The notes under the pieces: model-generated
The model's input: the letters and a program-made list of their open reading frames with translations, nothing else
The model's database searches: none
What the model was told of the DNA's origin: nothing
DNA from: a virus
Lineage: Duplodnaviria > Caudoviricetes
IMG/VR virus record: IMGVR_UViG_3300005739_000634
Coordinates: 1-26,018 of that record
Length of the DNA: 26,018 bases
Reading direction: 5' to 3' (one strand)
In this document: positions 24,961-26,018 of the stretch, piece by piece
How positions within the stretch are numbered: position 1 is the first letter of the stretch
How the letters are laid out: each line of letters opens with the position of its first letter
Position numbers and translations under genes: made by a program

Positions 24961-24988
24961 ATTATATATTAACCTTGTCCGGCAGCAA
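24961..24988 (-). promoter_or_regulatory. Sigma70-type promoter for the primase gene
   Basis: Minus strand reads TTGCTG-N16-TATAAT-N6-GTG. Confidence 0.6.
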
Positions 24989-25418
24989 TATCTCTTTGAC
25001 GTTTTGCTGAATTAATAATAAAGCCTTTTAATACTTCTGATAATTCTCTAGCTTGTTCGGCAAGTTTAATTATTTTTGTAGAGGTTTCGCGGGAAATACC
25101 TTGAAATAAAGAACCGTTTCTGTCCATATCGGTTACCATTTGCTGAAGAGAGCCAGAATCAACACCGTTTAGAGTATCTGCGAACTCATCTAATTTCATA
25201 ATATAGTTTTTAATTGATCCAGAATCTCCAGCTGGTTGTTGTACTGGAGCTGGCTCGACATCATAATTATCTGGAACAGGAATACCATCTTCAGCAGTTT
25301 CAGGTGATGGTTCTTCAGCAGGTACTTCATCTGCAACCGGGGCTACATCGTCCTGAGGTACTGGAAGCTCATCTTGTTCAGTAATAAACACGGTTTTGTA
25401 AAGACTATCAAATTTCAT
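24969..25418 (-). CDS. Acidic Pro/Glu-rich hypothetical protein (possible prohead core or internal protein)
   Basis: MKFDSLYKTVFITE leader, acidic disordered N-half and helical C-half. A minus-strand TAAATA lies at 25435-25440 upstream. Confidence 0.7.
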   Translation of the reverse strand: MKFDSLYKTVFITEQDELPVPQDDVAPVADEVPAEEPSPETAEDGIPVPDNYDVEPAPVQQPAGDSGSIKNYIMKLDEFADTLNGVDSGSLQQMVTDMDRNGSLFQGISRETSTKIIKLAEQARELSEVLKGFIINSAKRQRDIAAGQG

Positions 25419-25440
25419 ATAAATAGATTATATATATTTA
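25418..25440. promoter_or_regulatory. Overlapping divergent late-type promoters
   Basis: Plus-strand TATAAATA at 25418-25425 (exact T4 late consensus) is 14 nt before the ATG at 25440. Minus-strand TAAATA at 25435-25440 is 16 nt before the ATG at 25418. Confidence 0.55.
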
Positions 25441-25799
25441 TGGGGGATTTACTATTTTTTATAAATTTAGTATGTTTAGTACTAACTATAATGGTTATAT
25501 GGTTTAAATCAGGAGCATTTGTAGAGTATGCACAATTATTTGGATTTAAAACTTTACTATTAGGTTATGATAAAGACCCAAATAACCTCTCTTTTCCGCA
25601 GTATTTGTACGTAAAATCGAAATCTTTGTTTAAGTGCTCGATTTGCCGATTTATTATAGTACTTATTACTTGTCCTCTATGTTTGGCCTTTTGGCTCTGT
25701 ACTGGAGCCGCCTGTTTGTACGGAACAATTTTATTAACTCCGTTATTCTATATAACAGTATTAGTTAGTTACTTCTTTCTCGAGAGGGTTCTTAGTTAA
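25440..25799 (+). CDS. Small Cys-rich membrane protein (DUF1360-like)
   Basis: Start reassigned to the ATG at 25440 (MGDLLFF). Hydrophobic segments plus 'CSIC' and 'LITCPLCLAFW'. Confidence 0.6.
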   Translation: MGDLLFFINLVCLVLTIMVIWFKSGAFVEYAQLFGFKTLLLGYDKDPNNLSFPQYLYVKSKSLFKCSICRFIIVLITCPLCLAFWLCTGAACLYGTILLTPLFYITVLVSYFFLERVLS

Positions 25800-26018
25800 G
25801 AACTCAACCATTAAAGATAAACATTCGTTTTGTAAAAAATCTAATTCGATTATCTTATAATTTTCATTATTAACAGAAAACCAAACCACTTTTAATTTAT
25901 CGATCTCGATTTTTGCGTACTTTTGTATAAAGATCTTATATAGAGATAACTGTAACGTGTAAATGTTTAGTTCACACTCATCAAGATGCTGAACCGGGTA
26001 TTGAAGTTTCTTTTCAAA
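25761..26018 (-). CDS. C-terminal part of a PD-(D/E)XK (RecB/Cas4-like) exonuclease, entering from outside the window
   Basis: Not in the ORF track. Manual translation gives FEKKLQYPVQHLDECELNIYTLQLSLYKIFIQKYAKIEIDKLKVVWFSVNNENYKIIELDFLQNECLSLMVEFLTKNPLEKEVTN*, containing the Y.LQL..Y motif. Confidence 0.7.
   Translation of the reverse strand, partial: FEKKLQYPVQHLDECELNIYTLQLSLYKIFIQKYAKIEIDKLKVVWFSVNNENYKIIELDFLQNECLSLMVEFLTKNPLEKEVTN

Noticed and set aside
25880-25900. Possible frameshift in the terminal exonuclease at a T-run
   Set aside because: Base-by-base reading shows the frame open for 258 nt from 26018 to the stop at 25761.
1-26018. Stop-codon reassignment, tRNA genes, introns/inteins, CRISPR arrays, clear intrinsic terminators
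   Set aside because: Conserved genes are full length under code 11 and end in TAA, TGA or TAG. Intergenic gaps are under 70 bp, and I saw no cloverleaf, splice motif, array or convincing GC hairpin with a U-tract by eye.

Overview
AT-rich, gene-dense fragment of a large T4-like (Tevenvirinae-related) bacteriophage genome, read with the standard code 11. It contains recognisable T4 core genes: gp46 (5' part only), gp47, gp55 late sigma factor, UvsW, UvsY and gp61 primase. The normally adjacent gp47/gp46 pair is separated by about 12 kb of 14 tightly coupled minus-strand genes for glycan synthesis or modification: GT2, GT4-like, GT10, GT25, GT47-like and GT-D-like enzymes, a FkbM methyltransferase, a HAD/nucleotidyltransferase fusion and a GDPD-like protein. 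The plus-strand block (15.7-24 kb) holds small late genes behind a repeated TTAAATAATA motif, many with T4 capsid-targeting-like N-termini. It also holds a ligase-fold protein paired with an HxGH nucleotidyltransferase, and a QueD-QueE-P-loop kinase unit with atypical catalytic motifs. Two promoter classes are visible by eye: TTGnnn-N16-TAnnnT (sigma70 type, mostly near-leaderless) and TAAATA (gp55 late type). Three real CDSs are missing from the ORF track: the gp46 N-terminus, a 46-aa peptide at 15727 and an exonuclease C-terminus at the right edge. All family calls come from motif recognition; no database searches were run.
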